DNA of 63,447 bases, the filler included, from Reclinomonas americana ATCC 50394 (lineage: Eukaryota): NCBI GenBank assembly GCA_048213135.1. It is 6 parts of one record of this genome, joined end to end, with 100 filler letters (N's around TTAATTAATTAA, not from the genome) between each part and the next. Parts side by side here need not be neighbours in the genome. Positions count along the whole stretch, not along the records: positions 57,515 to 62,129 come from PS015028.1; positions 62,230 to 63,447 come from PS015028.1; 4 more parts are not named here. One strand, given 5' to 3'. The position numbers and the translations under genes are program-made. Position 1 is the stretch's first letter; each line of letters starts with the position of its first letter. The notes beneath the pieces were generated by a model that was given only the letters and a program-made list of their open reading frames with translations, was not told the origin of the DNA and searched no databases. Positions 60,647-63,447 of the stretch are shown here, in pieces.

Positions 60647-61803
60647 CGACAACGACAGCGGCAACGGCAGCGGAGAGCGCACTGCATCGCGCCTCGCAGT
60701 CGACTCCCGAGTCCATCTCCTCTGCGATGGACATGGACAGCAGTGCGCCGCCGGTCACGCAGTCACCGTCGGGCTCCTCGGGCATGTTGACGTCGTCGCC
60801 GGAACGATCGCCTGCCTCCGACGCTCCTGCCGCACGAGCGCGCAATCGTGCCCGCCGGCGTCGGAGGGGAATGCTGCGGCTCAAGGTCGCACGGTCGGTG
60901 CAGCAGTTGGAAGTGCTCTCCACGGTGGACGACGAAGACTCGGAGGGTGAGCTGGAGTGGCGCGAGACGCTGAGGTTACCGGCCGCCGCAGTGGTGGTGC
61001 AGGCGGCGCGCAAGCCGATGGTGACGAAATCCACCACCACCAGCACCGCCAAGAAGCGATCCCGTGCATCCGCGGACGACTCTAGTTCGGCTCCGGCACG
61101 GAAGCGCAGCAAAGCGCGTCCATCCAAGGCAGCTGCGAAGTCGTCGTTCACGTTGGTCAACATCTCTGGCGATCCACCGGCGGCGGGTGCCACGCGAGCG
61201 CCTTCGCACACGCGAAAACTTCCTACGCCGCCGCCGCCTCCACCTCCACCTCCACCTCCTCCACCACCTCCGCCCCCATCGGTGTCATCCTCCACACCGC
61301 CGCCACCGCCACTGCCGGCACTTCCCGCAGGTGCAACGGCGTCGTCGTCGTCGGCGTCGCAAGGCTCAGCAGCACCAGCTGTTGTGCGGCGGAAGGTGAT
61401 TCACTACACCAAGCCACGCCACCAGGTCATCTTCATCATGGCGAGCGACGGATTCTGGAGCTACATTCACGACGATAGCACGCGCTACCGATTCGTACTG
61501 GTGCGTCTCTTCTCTCTCACTTGCCGTGCCTTTCGTGCGCAGTAAGCTAACAAGTCTATGTCACAGCAAGAGGAGCACGACTGGGTGGGCGAGCAGTTGC
61601 GCAAGCTGCTGCTGTCGGCGTGGACCGAATGCCGCAAGGGCGAGGAGGAAGGCGTGGAAGTTCGACCATACTGGGAGGACTTTGCAGAGAAGGCCGCCAC
61701 GTTCTTTGCACATCGTGAAGCCTACGCCCCCGACCGTGGTCGCTACGACGACTTTGCGATGTTTGTTGGCGTGATTGATCTGGGAAGGGTGGAGGAGCGG
61801 TGA
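57515..61803 (+). CDS. Large low-complexity protein ending in PP2C/PPM-like C-terminal motifs; 5' end in a gap
   Basis: VIFIMASDGFWSYI and RYDDFAMFVGVI; last intron 61501-61566 with GCTAAC branch point; AATAAA overlapping the stop. Confidence 0.6.
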
Positions 61804-62053
61804 ATAAAGAAGAGAGTGTCTGTCCCATCAACTTGTGTCAATGGCCTCGGCGCGCAGATCGCGGCATGCAAATGCCGCGAGTGATGCTGTGCGTCTGGCG
61901 CGCTCATTAGGCGGCGAGGATACGCTGCTCACCGCCATGGGAGATGCCTCGGCGGCTGCACCACCCGCACACGCAATCGCCGCAGACTCCCGCCAGTTGT
62001 CTCGCTCACGTGGTGCGCATGCGGATGGTGTGTACGAATAGAATGCACGTCCG

Positions 62054-62089
<36 letters not shown>

Positions 62090-62726
62090 TGGCTTTAAAG
62101 AACTCCCTGACTCTCTCTCTCTCTCTCTCNNNNNNNNNNNNNNNNNNNNNNNNNNNNNNNNNNNNNNNNNNNNTTAATTAATTAANNNNNNNNNNNNNNN
62201 NNNNNNNNNNNNNNNNNNNNNNNNNNNNNAATTCAATCATTCATCGTTCATTGACGTGCGGTGACGAAGATTCTCAAGCAAGGGAGGGGGGAAAGCTATG
62301 TCAAAAAAACAAGGAGGAGTAGTACGCGGACCAAGATATACATACATGCGAGAACGGGGGGGTGGGTTGGATGGAGAAACTCTAACGGGGTGGCGGAAAC
62401 AAGAGCAAGACATGACAACAACAACAGGAGAGGGAGGAGCGCGCGGCGCTGGGAAAATCAATACCCGCAGCCGACATACACAACAGCTGGGGAGGGACGG
62501 CGCGCAGGAGAATTCAGGCTCAGATGCACATGCACGCACGCACACACAGCAAAGACACTTACAGGGCAGGTGGCGCGCGGCACAGACGCACACAGGATTT
62601 TTTCACCAAAGTACAGGAAAAATTATTCACAGGAGACACACCAAAGGGGGGAAAAGATTACGGAGTGGAAGCAGAGGGAAAGGAGAGCAGCGGCTCCTCT
62701 CCAACCAGCGGTAGCAGGCACGGAAA

Positions 62727-63447
62727 TTACGTGTCGTACACGCTGACGGCGTTGGACCTGTTCACCAGAAGATGGAGTGAGTCGACAGGAAATGTGGAGA
62801 GAGAGAGAGAGTGCACGCAAGCGTACCGCTGGAAGAATCGGAACGACGGAGTGATAATGGACAGGAATCCATCGACCGTCTGGTCGCTCAACAGCACAGC
62901 CAGCCGCAACTGAGTGCCACGCAGAAAGGAAAAAAGTGAGCATATAACTGGGAACAGGAAAAAACATGGCCACACGCACCTGCGGGCAGCGCGCACGCTT
63001 CCGCTTGCCGAGCTTGAACTTGACAAGCAGAGAGATCTGCCCCTGCTGCGTCGCAGCATCGAGCTCCACCAACTCGGCCTCGTTGGCAATTACTGGTTCG
63101 TCCTCAGCTGATTGAAAAAACCAAGTGAGTCACCTCACATTGGTATTGTCGGGTGAAGATTTGGCGACGAAACTGCTGAGCAGCGGATCAGCAGGGTTGG
63201 TGAGTACCTGCGCCTCCAGGATCGGCTCTGGTGCACTGCATTAACACCGTATGTTCAGCTTTTTTCAGACAGAAACGGGAGTTGCGCACAATGACAGCTT
63301 CCGCAACATCCACTCCAGCGGCTTCAGTGCCAGTGCCAGCGACTGCACGACGAGCCCACGGTTCGGCATCACCAATCTACACACAGCGCAATCGGATGAG
63401 AAAAACGACACAAATTCCTTTTCAGGAAATCAGTGCGAAAAATAGGC
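62727..63447 (-). CDS. 3' exons of a hypothetical protein entering from the right edge
   Basis: ...EDEPVIANEAELVELD...KFKLGKRKRARCPQ|LRLAVLLSD...FQR|SNAVSVYDT* with GT-AG introns. Confidence 0.5.

Noticed and set aside
61543-61545. TAA immediately after a CAG inside the PP2C-like gene
   Set aside because: A GCTAAC branch point follows and the in-frame acceptor is TCACAG at 61566
1-63447. Non-GT-AG introns, CRISPR arrays, tRNA/rRNA genes, intact transposases or prokaryotic operons
   Set aside because: Every intron I could place is GT-AG, and none of the other features was recognisable by eye; covariance-model searches were not possible

Overview
Draft-assembly scaffold of a gene-dense, GC-rich, microsatellite-rich microbial eukaryote (protist; lineage not determinable from this window). 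It uses the standard genetic code and has many short (about 60-105 nt) GT-AG introns. About 27 genes can be modelled by hand: macrodomain, SUEL-lectin protein, EMC2, DCAF17-like, a bacterial-type enoyl-CoA hydratase, WDR13, a NEK kinase, a secreted PTP-like phosphatase, a 1395-aa secreted H-lectin protein, ATP-PEPCK, SPT4, two LRR proteins, a MAP2K-like kinase, ankyrin, WD40, a POLE4/CHRAC1-type histone fold, a TSNAXIP1-N coiled-coil protein, a PP2C-like C-terminal half, and several hypotheticals. I saw no rRNA, tRNA, CRISPR array or intact mobile element. The most unusual signal is in the splice sites: besides ordinary donors (G at +5; GTGCGT/GTGAGT/GTTTGT), at least 25 frame-supported introns use a one-nucleotide-shifted donor class (GT-T-GCGT, GT-T-GAG, GT-T-TCGT; G at +6), almost never preceded by an exonic G. 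Several genes look scrambled, but every breakpoint is an N gap, so small contigs inverted in place by the scaffolder are the likely cause. All gene models are manual and have no RNA support; family calls are from remembered motifs, not database searches.
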